DNA of 64,000 nucleotides from Piromyces finnis finn (GCA_002104945.1 MCFH01000032.1:1-64000), one strand, 5' to 3'; positions 25,901 through 35,623 are shown, counted from the stretch's first letter. Numbers and translations are program-made. The notes: generated by a model from the letters alone, not told the origin.

Positions 25901-26701
25901 GTGGTAGTACTTCTCCACGATTTCTTCAGGTGTGGGTTGATTTTCGTTTAAGTTTTCTTCCTGTACCAACCCTACGTAAATGTGATTTTTCTCTAAGTTC
26001 GACTCTTGTACCAACCCTACTGAAACACAAGTTTTCTCTAAGTTGGATTCAAATGTCAACCCTCCGGAATCACATTTTTTCTCTAAGTCAACACTCTGTA
26101 CCAACCCTACTGAAACGGGATTTTTCTCTAAGTTGGAACTCGATGCCAACCCTCCGGAACTTCCGTTTCTGGTTTCCTTTGTAGCCTTGTGGCTACCATT
26201 ACCCACGATTTCGGCTTCTATGTTTTCCGCAGTTACAGTTACCAGAGGCCTTCTTGCTTTTGCATTAGTAACTGTAGTTATGGGACTTAATTGAGTACAG
26301 TAGTAGATATCGCCACCATTTACACCATAACTGTTGGTATGTCCTTTATCCTTATCATTATCTACCACGAAGTACCTCACTTGTGCATCTTTATCATAAC
26401 CTCTGTAGATAAAGTGCTCATCCATGAAGCCCAGTCCCACAATGATCATCTCCGGCATGTTGTCGGATAGGTGACAACTTGTGTTGAAGCAGTATGGTTT
26501 AGCTTCTTGTTCGCCAGATGGAGTTAACCATAACTTCAACTGCAAGTCATCTGAGAACTGCTTTAACTCGATATCACCATTCACAGTTCTGAATATGGCT
26601 GGTTTGTCCACTACTTTTAACCCGAGCTTCTTTGCTAAATTTGGGTGGATGAGGTTTGTAGTGGAACCAGTATCATACAAGACTTCTACCCTTTTTATAT
26701 C
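22934..26701 (-). CDS. Element A pol: protease, RT, RNase H, integrase, degenerate chromodomain
   Basis: Open frame with VLYDTGSTTN, YLDD, ECDASN, DHRNL, HHCC, EIDFL / TDRGVQF / GQVERNN and C-terminal YQYLATF..EWVDA. Confidence 0.95.
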   Translation of the reverse strand, partial: DIKRVEVLYDTGSTTNLIHPNLAKKLGLKVVDKPAIFRTVNGDIELKQFSDDLQLKLWLTPSGEQEAKPYCFNTSCHLSDNMPEMIIVGLGFMDEHFIYRGYDKDAQVRYFVVDNDKDKGHTNSYGVNGGDIYYCTQLSPITTVTNAKARRPLVTVTAENIEAEIVGNGSHKATKETRNGSSGGLASSSNLEKNPVSVGLVQSVDLEKKCDSGGLTFESNLEKTCVSVGLVQESNLEKNHIYVGLVQEENLNENQPTPEEIVEKYYHNFKEAFNEEIANQLPEHRPYDCKIDLEPEASLHKGPIYPFNPEEEKALKEYIEENLAKGFIRKSESPAGYPVLFVPKKSGERRLCTDYRRLNKVTVRNSFPLPLISQVFEAMKGATIFSKLDLKSAYNLVRIREGDEYKTAFSTKFGHYEYLVMPFGLTNAPATFQGFINTVLAEEINDCCQVYLDDIIIYSKSLEEHVGHVKRVLQKLIDNRLVAKLAKCEFHKEELAFLGHVVGKYGIKTDPEKLKAVASWPQPTNLKELQSFLGFCNYYRKFIKDFSKIARPLYAMTSKKVQFLWNEERIQAFEKLKEMLLSPPVLAYPDHDRQFIVECDASNYAVGGVLSQLGDDNELHPVYYYSKKLTKAEINYSITEKELLAIRNAFIEWRHLLMGAKHKVLVYSDHRNLLFATKPQLLTARQARWQELFAAYNFEIIYRPGKMNGRADILSRMVSPEQVQLEMEKASLLRPEQVKEFPPVEEECYAVLEVSFVGELKQAYNTDELAREIRDGLDAKRGHKLIKKKWLMVNGLIVRKDAPERTYVPKVLRETIIKLNHDSETAGHLGKDKTYDLIVRNYYWPKMKDDIAGYIKACTICCTQKDNRHKPYGSAARVKVADLPWQEVEIDFLTDLPIKERRKPGSSPSEPPEVTRRGCIMVCSDKLTKMIHLVGFRSMPTAKETALAYLQHVFKLHGCPKSVTTDRGVQFTSKLWKDIMGFFGVEVNLATTGHHETVGQVERNNSYVSMYLRCFVKTFDDDEWLKYLYLAEFCYNNAVHSSTKQSPFLALYNYQVHMNPQDSELVHSLGEAPVLDSFAHNLGNLKHMLDISRTRFLDHLDHRRELNYPKIRLMDLVWLRKPENYNPLPFYKLQARKYGPFKVIGIDESKLNYRLDISKSPFPNVYPVFHISELEPYHNKPEELTPAPVGYQKIIKIMNARRKKDNYQYLATFSDFRQEWVDADIIDKNSHYDKLLKEFQDKCYQEFMVSVQNPT

Positions 26702-28881
26702 TCAAGGGTTGCTTCTTGCATTTATTTCAGCTACTAGTTGGTTCTGACTGTAGTAACTGTTATTGACCGTCGTTTGACTTGCCATAGCCTTAGGTAATGG
26801 GTTATTTCCCATACTAGAAGGTCCTTGCCTTGGTTGGAAGCTAGAACTTCTTCTAAAGCTTGACTTATTTAAGGATTCACGACGTTCTTTAGTACCGTTA
26901 TTGTTTTTTGCGTAAGCCTGAGTGTTGGTCTGCTCAACTTTAGGCTTATTATTTGGCTTGTTGTTCTTCTGCTTCAACTCAGCCCATCTAGATGGTCTAC
27001 ATGGGTCTGTGATGTCCAACAATGCCATAATAGTGGTCTGGCGGTCTCTTTTGTCGTACTTTTCTATGGTTTCATTACGGAAGACTGCTTGGTGATCATC
27101 GCACTTTAACAAGACTTCACTTAATGTTTCCAGCGTACGTTCCTGTTCAGGGATATCATAGAACGCTTCCCGAACAGAAGGCCTGACCTGTTGTATTAAC
27201 ACCTGTCTCCTAACATTTTCAGGGAGCCCAAGCGTTTCCGTCAATTCATTGAACTCTTCCAAGTAATCGTATGCTTTTCCCCACTCATGTGTGAGCTTAA
27301 GCAACTTTGACTTGCAGAGTTCATGGGGAGACTCTGGTGGAAACTTATCTTGAAGGTGGAGGAATAGTCTTTCAGCATCAGGATTCCTACGCTGCAACAT
27401 CCTCTCTCTAAGTCTATACCATCTCAATACTTTCCCACCTAGATGATCTTCAATGAAGCTAACCTTTGCCTTTTCGTCGTTACCATAGTCATATGGGTAA
27501 CGTTTGAAATGACGTAAGCATTTCTCTTGAAAACCCTCTAAGTCTATCCCATTATTATCAAACATAGGCACTTTTTCTTCATACCTATGTACTCGCCAGT
27601 CGAACATCTTCACGTCCCCATCCTCGGAGTATTCCGTAGGGTTGGTGCTACTACTAGTTCCAGCACCATGAGGATTACCCATACCACCGGTTTGATAGGA
27701 TGTTCTTTCATGAGCTCTGGCTTCAGCTCTTCTGTTCATGGCTTCGACTTTAGCCTCGAACAATTTTTCTCTTTCTTCTAGAGCGTTTCGTTACTCCCTC
27801 AATCTGGCCATCTCTTCTTCAAGCTCTTTTTTATAAGAGACAAAGGCACTAGATTGGCGGTACAACGTTTCTTGGTTGTTTAGCACTTGCTGGTGGTCTT
27901 GTAACCTTTCCTCATGTTCTGCAGTAAAGGCATTTTCCACAGCATGCAGCTCTTCCAAGCTAACTTGGCTAGCTGACTCATTTGCTTCCAACCTTTGATC
28001 CACTTCAACAAATTTTTGCTGAAGAGCATCGTTTATCTCGCTCTTGTAAACCTCAATACCCCGAAGTTGTTCTTCCATAGCACCCAGACGGTTTCCCATA
28101 CTAGCAAACTGGCTAGATATTTCCGAAACCCTTCTATTAAGAAGAACTTCAATGTGTTGCATTGGGTTTACCTCACTATTATTAGTAAAAAAGAAAGAAG
28201 GATCAACAGGGGCGGGCATAGAATCCCCCTGTTGAACCTGTAAATTCTGATTAGATTCGACCTCAGTGCTTTCGAGAAGCACCGGGGTTCGAACCCGTGA
28301 CATTCCCTCTACACCATCCATGCCATCCGCGCTCGCCGCGTCAGGACAGGTCCCGTCCCTTACGAATGTCAAAAAGCGATTTTTTATTAAAGAAAAGTGT
28401 GGTAAGCACACTAGTTATATTAATTAATAAATATAATACGCTTTCCTATTGAAGGCGTAAAGCTAATAATATTTATATAAAGAAATTTAAATAATATTTT
28501 TATTTTAGCAATAACTTAATATCAGCATATATTAAGTTATTAAAAATATTAAAATTTTTAAAGTTTTAGGTTTTATAGGAGTTTATAAATTTTATTAACT
28601 TTAAGTTAAAAAATTACTAACGCTAAAGCTTCGTAATTTTTGTCAATTTTTGTTCTTTTTATACATGAACAATTTTAATTATTACATTTTTTAATTTTAA
28701 TTAATTATTATCTAATTATAAAATATTTAATTTTTATAAATTAATAATTAATATAATTATTGTAAATAGTTAATAAATTTAAATTAAAATTTTTAATAAT
28801 AAAATTTTAATAATTTTAAAAAATTTAATAATTTCAAATATTAGAAATTTTATACTTTGAAATTTTTTAATAAAAATTTAA

Positions 28882-30321
28882 ATTCTCAATAAAGAAAATA
28901 CTGCAATTAAAGGATGGAAACTCACTACACTTAAAAATAATACAAGTGATCGTTTTCATTTTAGTCCTTGTTATAAGCATATTAGTGCTAATATTAATTA
29001 TTGCACTAAAGAAGATAAAGATGGCTTTTTTGAATATTTAAAAGAAGGTTTTAATCACCCAAATGATAAAGGATTTACCAAAGTTGAAGTTGAAAATAGT
29101 AGATACGATCATGCTTTAGAATTGGCTCGCAACGATAAAATGGAACAAATTGAATCTACAATTTTAGTTCGTCATTATAAAAATTTAATGGATATTAAAA
29201 ATAATAATGTAAATATGGACCGTATGTATTTACAAAATCCAGAAACTGGAGAAGATTACCATCACAATCACTTTCTCTTTCTTTATGGTGCTACTGGTGT
29301 TGGTAAAAGTAAATTCCTAAATGAATTCTTAGATAATTTAAATTATTTTTACAAAAAATTTTGTGTAGGACGTCCACAATTTGATTCAAAATATGAATTT
29401 AAACAATATTTTAAATCTAAGGATAAATGGTGGGATCATTATAATTATGAAGATGTTATCATTATTGATGAAGTTAATGCTAGTAAGACCGAATTCCTTG
29501 GAGACCACTTTAAGGAATGGTTCGATCAAACACCATTTAAAGCCAATGTTAAAGGAAGTATGTTAAACCAAATTAGACCAAAATTTATATTAATGGCATC
29601 CAACTTTACCTTTGATCAATGCTTTCCAAAGACTGAAGATAACATTCCTTTAAGAAGAAAAATACAAGTTCATGAAATGAAGGAAGGTGATAATTTCAGA
29701 TGGCCAAATTGGAATATGCTTGGTAGAGAATGGCTTTCAGCAGTTAAAGTTAAAATCCAAGCTGAAAATGATAGAATTAATAGATTAGAAGAAGAATTTA
29801 AAAATGTTAATTTCGATAAAGATTTTAAAGAAGACTTTTTACCAGATACACTTGAAAAAATCTGGCAAAAGGAATATGGAACTAAGTATACACCAACAGG
29901 ATGGCTTACAGATTTAATGGAACAAGATACTCCTTGCCCAAGTGCCAAAATTGACATCCCAAGTGATTATTCTCTTTCAATTACTCCTGATATTCAAAAT
30001 GCATCTTTTATTACCCAAAGTGATAATATCAAATTAATAGATACACCATCATTCAATTCTACAACAGTTAATGATGGATCTACTGATAGATTTAATGAAT
30101 TGATTGATGATTTGAAAAGTAGAATAGATATAAATGTAGAAAATAGTTATAAAAATTTAGAAAATGAACAAGAAATTAGTCATGATAATAATGTTAAAAT
30201 ATTAAATGAATTAAATAATAATAGTCCTTTTGATTTTGAAAGTACTAGTCAAAATAATATTAATAAACAAGTTACCTTTGAAAAATTTAATGTAGTTAAT
30301 AAACAAAATTATTTAAATTAA
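28882..30321 (+). CDS. rep: 5'-truncated CRESS-type Rep (HUH motif III plus SF3 helicase), 479 open codons, no native start
   Basis: Frame is open from the junction. NYCTKED (YxxK, 28999-29010), Walker A GATGVGKS, KWWDHY, Walker B IIIDE, motif C ILMASN, Arg finger LRRKI. Confidence 0.88.
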   Translation: MLNKENTAIKGWKLTTLKNNTSDRFHFSPCYKHISANINYCTKEDKDGFFEYLKEGFNHPNDKGFTKVEVENSRYDHALELARNDKMEQIESTILVRHYKNLMDIKNNNVNMDRMYLQNPETGEDYHHNHFLFLYGATGVGKSKFLNEFLDNLNYFYKKFCVGRPQFDSKYEFKQYFKSKDKWWDHYNYEDVIIIDEVNASKTEFLGDHFKEWFDQTPFKANVKGSMLNQIRPKFILMASNFTFDQCFPKTEDNIPLRRKIQVHEMKEGDNFRWPNWNMLGREWLSAVKVKIQAENDRINRLEEEFKNVNFDKDFKEDFLPDTLEKIWQKEYGTKYTPTGWLTDLMEQDTPCPSAKIDIPSDYSLSITPDIQNASFITQSDNIKLIDTPSFNSTTVNDGSTDRFNELIDDLKSRIDINVENSYKNLENEQEISHDNNVKILNELNNNSPFDFESTSQNNINKQVTFEKFNVVNKQNYLN

Positions 30322-30581
30322 ATGTATAATAAATAAATAATTAATAAAATAATAAAAATATTATTATTTTTTGACTACCCTACAAAAAATATCCCAATCA
30401 CAAAAAAATTAGTGTTTTTTAAAATAAACTTTTTAAAGTTGGTCATATGATCTAAAAAATTTAATTTTTCTATATTCTTTATATTAATTACGGTACCCGG
30501 TACCCATAATATATGTAATTAAATTAATTGAATACCATTCTATAATATATTAATTTATATTGATTTTGGGTACTCATTTTG
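28883..30581 (+). mobile_element. 1699-bp insertion of CRESS-DNA-virus-like Rep sequence
   Basis: Absent from other C copies; flanked by direct repeat ATTTAAA (28876-28882 / 30582-30588). Confidence 0.85.
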
Positions 30582-31048
30582 ATTTAAAAAATAAATTTTT
30601 TCAAATTTTCAAATTTTCAAATTTTAAAAAAATTTTTAATTTTTTCCATGTGTCCAAATTTTTTAAATTTTTATATATGTTATTGTGACAACGAATGATG
30701 TTTTTGTGTCCAATTTATGGACACCCCGAGGGTTAGGCGACTTACCTGTATTTTTCATTTCTAACTCGAAAATAAATTCTTTCAATAAATTAAAGAATTT
30801 ATTATATAAAATATGATTATAATGAATTTTAAAATTTAAAATAATGAATTTTTTATGACTAAACTATTAGAAAATAATTATTTTTAATAATAAATTTACT
30901 TCTTTTAAATATAATATTTGAATATTATATAAAATATTGTAAATAATTATTATTAAACAATAATTTAAATAAAATAAAATATGTTTTTTAAGAACTTTTA
31001 ATAAAACTAACCTAATTAAAACTAAGCTAACGTAAGAACTAACTATAA

Positions 31049-31059
31049 AGCGTTAGTAT
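31049..31059 (-). promoter_or_regulatory. Self-priming PBS of element A
   Basis: ATACTAACGCT abuts the 5' LTR end and is the exact complement of LTR-internal 31333-31343. Confidence 0.8.
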
Positions 31060-31566
31060 TGTAAAAGGTTTTTATATATATTAGTTAATAGGTTAAATAT
31101 AACAAGTTAATTAAGTTAGTTATTACCTCTCTATACGAGTTAATAACTAAATAAAGTTTTATAAAAAATAATAAAAGAACTAAAATAAATATTATAACAC
31201 AAAAATAAATATAAAACAAATAGATATTAATATGAAATATTATTTACTTAAATAATTATTATAATTATTATCTTTTATTTATTAGTTATAATTATATACA
31301 TTAATTATTATTATAGCTATTAATTTACTTTAATACTAACGCTAAAGTATTTAACGTTAGTTTTGACTATACTATTTAACTATATGAGTTTATTTTCTTT
31401 ACCACTTGATTGGGTAAAGCAAATAAACTTCCTATTTAATTAATAACCATTAATATATGGTTATACATATATTTGGCCAATAAATGATGACCAGAATATA
31501 TGGTTTCAATTGAAATATTTGTGGGCAAACTTATGGCCACAAATATTTCTTATAATTTCAATAAAT

Positions 31567-31638
31567 GGGGTGTTAGCTCAGCGGTAGAGCAATTGACTGC
31601 AGATCAATAGGTCTTCGGTTCAAATCCGGAACGCCCCT
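31567..31638 (+). tRNA. tRNA-Cys(GCA)
   Basis: Cloverleaf GGGGTGT/ACGCCCC, anticodon loop CTGCAGA, T loop TTCAAAT. Confidence 0.96.
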
Positions 31639-31705
31639 AGTTAATTTTTTCATCTTTTGTCAAAAAATAAAAGTAAGAAATTATATAAAATAATGCTACA
31701 GGCAT

Positions 31706-32949
31706 AGAGAATCACCAGTAGATATTAGTAATCAAAACTATTAAAACTTACTCATGAGTGGGGTAAAGCTTATGAATATTTGGTGGATTTCACTGATTTG
31801 GCTGATGCACTTGACTTGTCTGAAGGAGTCAGAAAGCAATTACTAATTCAGCAAGTACGTCCGTCTGTCAGAGAAGCCTTTTATGATATCGATGAAAATA
31901 GACGTACATTTAGAGCACTTAGTGACAAGTTACTACAGTGCGATGATCATCCAGAGGATTATAGGAATGATGCTCTTGAAAAGTATGAAAAGTATGATAA
32001 AAAAGATAGAAAACCGGTTATTATGGCATTGTTAGACATGATAGATCCATGTAAGCCTTCTAAGAGAGTTGAAAGCAAAAGAAAAAACTTCAAAGCAAAT
32101 GATAGCTTGAACATGGATAAAGGAAGATTGTTCCAAGAAGCTAAGAAGTGCGAAGAAAATAAGAAATTGGACTATACACCATGTTATAGAAAAAATTCAA
32201 GTTTCACTCAAAAGAAAGAAGCCTCAGATTTAGGAAGCAATCCTATACCAAAAGTTTTAGTAGCTACAGAAATATTACCTTTATATCAGTATAATGATAT
32301 TGGTAATACTAAATATTCAGAAGCTATTATATCTTCCCAAGACAAGTCTAAAGAAGTAAAAGTCTTATATGATACTGGAGCTACCACTAATATACTTCGT
32401 CCTAAACTTACAAAAGAGTTAGGACTTGAGTTAATAGATAAGCCCGCAGTATTTGGGACAGTTAATGGACAGTCAGAATTAAGGTATCTTACCCATAATA
32501 TAAACTGGGAATTAAAGTTAACACCTGAAAATAAGAAGGACTCAAAGACATACAAGTTTACTACAAGTTTCTGTATTTCTAATGCTATTTCTGAAATGAT
32601 AATCCTGGGTGTCAACTTTATGGATAAAAACCGTATCTACAGAGGTTTTGGAGCTACTGATAATGCTAAAATGTTTATTGTAGATAAATATAAGGAAATA
32701 GTTAATAATGTTAACTACTTAGATAATGATATCTACTATACTGAAAAGTTGAATTCAACAAATGGTATGTGTTTATCAAAATCTAATAAATCAGCATGTC
32801 TAATAAATTCTACAGTAGTTGATGGTATACTTATAAATCCAATGGAAAAAACTACCAATTATACTCACAGGATTAAAGAAAATAATAGCCAGTATTCCTT
32901 TAAAAATTTATGGATAGTGTTGAATATCTTAGGTAAGATTTCTCCTTAA
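31706..32949 (+). pseudogene. gag C-half plus protease of an A-related element; RT/RH/IN deleted
   Basis: LKLTHEWGKAY, LIQQVRPSVREAFYDI and VLYDTGATTN match A. Followed by PPT TAAGGGAGCAA (32947-32957) resembling that of A. Confidence 0.88.
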
Positions 32950-32957
32950 GGGAGCAA

Positions 32958-33634
32958 TGTAAAGAATTAATGTTATTAAATGTTATAATAACATAAATTC
33001 TTATATGAATCCATAAATTTATGTTTAATTTATCATATAATATGATATTTCATGTGATATAATTTATGTGATAGTATATATTATTATAAGAATTTAATAA
33101 TATTATATTATAAAAATCTAATATTATTTATTATATATAATATGATAATAATTATTTATATTTAAATAGTATTTTATTTTATATTTAAGTAATATTTATA
33201 TAATGCTTAATATGTATTATTATAAGTAAATAACATTATCAATTAATAACCAATAATAGTTAATATAGATTAATATTATAAAAGGAAGCATGATTACTTG
33301 TTTATATTAATTAACTATTCTATAAATTAAATATATATTATTTATATATGACTTTTTCTTAAACTCGTGTTATATTTAATAGTTATAAAGTCATATTATA
33401 AATCATTTGTAGAAGGAATAATTATTTTATAATTTAATTTTAATTTCCTTCATAATCAAATGAACAAAGAGATATTAATTCAAACTTTAATAAATATAAA
33501 ATCTTAATAATTATAAAATAATAATATCTCTTAAATATTATTTAATAATGTTTTATAACAAAATATTTCTAATTAGTTAAATAATTAAAACATTATTTAA
33601 ATAAATAATCATGAATCCACTAATATTCATGACA
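32958..33634 (+). mobile_element. Putative 3' LTR of the A-related element
   Basis: TGT directly after the PPT; right end taken at CATGACA (uncertain). Confidence 0.55.
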
Positions 33635-33681
33635 TCAAAATTAATTATTCTATTAATTTATTATTTATAAATTTCATTCTT

Positions 33682-35467
33682 TGTCACAATAACATATATA
33701 AAAATTTAAAAAATTTGGACACATGGAAAAAATTATTTTTTAAATTTTTATTAAAAAATTTCAAAGTATAAAATTTCTAATATTTGAAATTATTAAATTT
33801 TTTAAAATTATTAAAATTTTATTATTAAAAATTTTAATTTAAATTTATTAACTATTTACAATAATTATATTAATTATTAATTTATAAAAATTAAATATTT
33901 TATAATTAGATAATAATTAATTAAAATTAAAAAATGTAATAATTAAAATTGTTCATGTATAAAAAGAACAAAAATTGACAAAAATTACGAAGCTTTAGCG
34001 TTAGTAATTTTTTAACTTAAAGTTAATAAAATTTATAAACTCCTATAAAACCTAAAACTTTAAAAATTTTAATATTTTTAATAACTTAATATATGCTGAT
34101 ATTAAGTTATTGCTAAAATAAAAATATTATTTAATTTTCTTTATATAAATATTATTAGCTTTACGCCTTCAATAGGAAAGCGTATTATATTTGTTAATTA
34201 ATATATGTAAAGTGGGCTAGGGTTGATATGTAACTTGGTCAGAATGTTTTGATATAATACAACTTAATCTAAAATAAAATATTAAACTTGTTTATTATTA
34301 AACCTTTTCTTTAAAACTTATTAAAGAATTTTAAATAATACTAATTTAAAAATTAATAGGTTTTTATATTTAAAGTAAAAATTTTAATATAATTTAATTA
34401 TGAAATTTGTTTATTAATTATTTATTTATTAAGATAATATTTATTAAGTTATATTATAATTAATAATTAATAATTAATAATCTTACAAAGAATTTCAAAA
34501 TTGATTTTAATTCTTTGTTTAAATACTTTTTTCTTACATATAATAAAATTACATTGATATTAATATTGATATTAATAATAAAGAAAAAAATAAAATAATT
34601 TTAAATTAAAATATTAATAATTGATATTGATATTAATAATATGAACTCATATGATAGATCTTAAGATTAATCTTTTAAATTACTTTTAAAATAAAAGTAT
34701 TGTTTTAACCATTTTAAATTGTAAATATTTAATATTATAAATTGAGAATAACAATTATTGATACTAATTATATATATTCTCATGATCAATTAATTAATAA
34801 TTATAACTAATGATTTTTGATCTAAAGGCTTTTTTGGTTTGATTATGATTAAGGTTATTAATCAAAAATTATTTGAAAAATTATTAATTAATTTTTATAA
34901 TTGATTAGGTTTGTAATCAAGAATATTTATTATCTAACCTTATTTAATAATAATGGAGAGTTTTTAAATTGAATTATTTATAGTATGTTGGATGACTTGA
35001 ATAATGACTTTAATTATATAAATTAATATTGATCATTTTAATATATATTATTATATATTTATTGGAACTAATTAATTCTTTAAATAACTATATCTCAAGA
35101 ACTAGTGGTCTAAATTAGCTGAAAATTTGTGAGAATATAGATCTCAACTAGTACTTTCTAATAAAGTTGATTTGAATTCTCTAGAAAATGAAAATAGGAC
35201 GCGAGATTCAGAAGTTATCCCTAGTTTCGTATAATGAATTTTCTTCTCAAGGGTTAATTTATTGAAAATTAAATTTTTGTGATCCTTAACCCTTTCCCAT
35301 ATTAGATTTTTCAAAGTGATCTTTTAATTATTTTAAAAGTATTTTATAATTTTTGAAATATAAATTTGATTTTTTAATTATTTATTTAAATATTTAGTAT
35401 ATTTATTAATCGTCTTCTATTCTTGACATTACCACACTTTTCTTTAATAAAAAATCGCTTTTTGACA
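33682..35467. mobile_element. LTR family C copy interrupted by a G-related LTR-like sequence (34206-35428)
   Basis: C termini TGTCACAAT and GCTTTTTGACA. Insert has TG..CA ends and shares GGTCAGAATG and CCTAGTTTCGTA blocks with G. No clean TSDs. Confidence 0.65.
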
Positions 35468-35623
35468 ATTACTACATAAAATTTGATAAATAATTAAATT
35501 CATAAATAATAAATTAATAATAATGATAATAATAATAATAATAATAATAATAATTAAAATACAGATAAAAATTAAAATATTTAACATGTATAAAATTATT
35601 AAATTAAAAATTATAAATGTAAA

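Larger units (their letters stand above)
28367..30690. mobile_element. Solo LTR family C inside gag of A, itself carrying the Rep insertion
   Basis: TGTCAAAAAG...GTTATTGTGACA, 5-bp TSD ACGAA (28362-28366 / 30691-30695). Confidence 0.92.
26702..30758 (-). pseudogene. Element A gag, interrupted by solo LTR C and two in-frame stops
   Basis: Removing 28367-30695 restores MKNTGKSPNPRGVHKLDTKTSFVRDG... from ATG at 30758. ORFs 27791-28411, 26702-27763 and pol share one frame, separated by TAA (27791-27793) and TGA (26702-26704). Confidence 0.85.
21304..31554 (-). mobile_element. Full-length Ty3/gypsy chromovirus-like element A with nested insertions
   Basis: LTRs 21304-22912 (interrupted by B) and 31060-31554, 5-bp TSD ATTTC (21299-21303 / 31555-31559). 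PPT TTAGGGGGGCAT at 22913-22924 (minus), gag-pol on the minus strand. Confidence 0.93.

Noticed and set aside
28350-28370. LTR C as the 5' LTR of element A, with TTCGTAA as a self-priming PBS
   Set aside because: C is flanked by its own ACGAA TSD and does not match the PPT-adjacent LTR; the true 5' LTR is 31060-31554.
27791-28411. ORF start at 28411 as a separate 206-aa gene
   Set aside because: The first ~15 codons come from inserted LTR C; the real gag start is at 30758 on the other side of the insertion.
29122-30321. Rep as a complete 399-aa gene starting at TTG 29122, or as a Helitron
   Set aside because: The frame extends upstream through motif III to the junction, so it is truncated; the helicase is SF3, not the SF1/Pif1 type of Helitrons.
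30322-30581. Canonical CRESS origin stem-loop with nonamer
   Set aside because: No NANTATTAC-type nonamer in a short hairpin; ATTAATTAC at ~30483 is a poor match. No capsid ORF is present.
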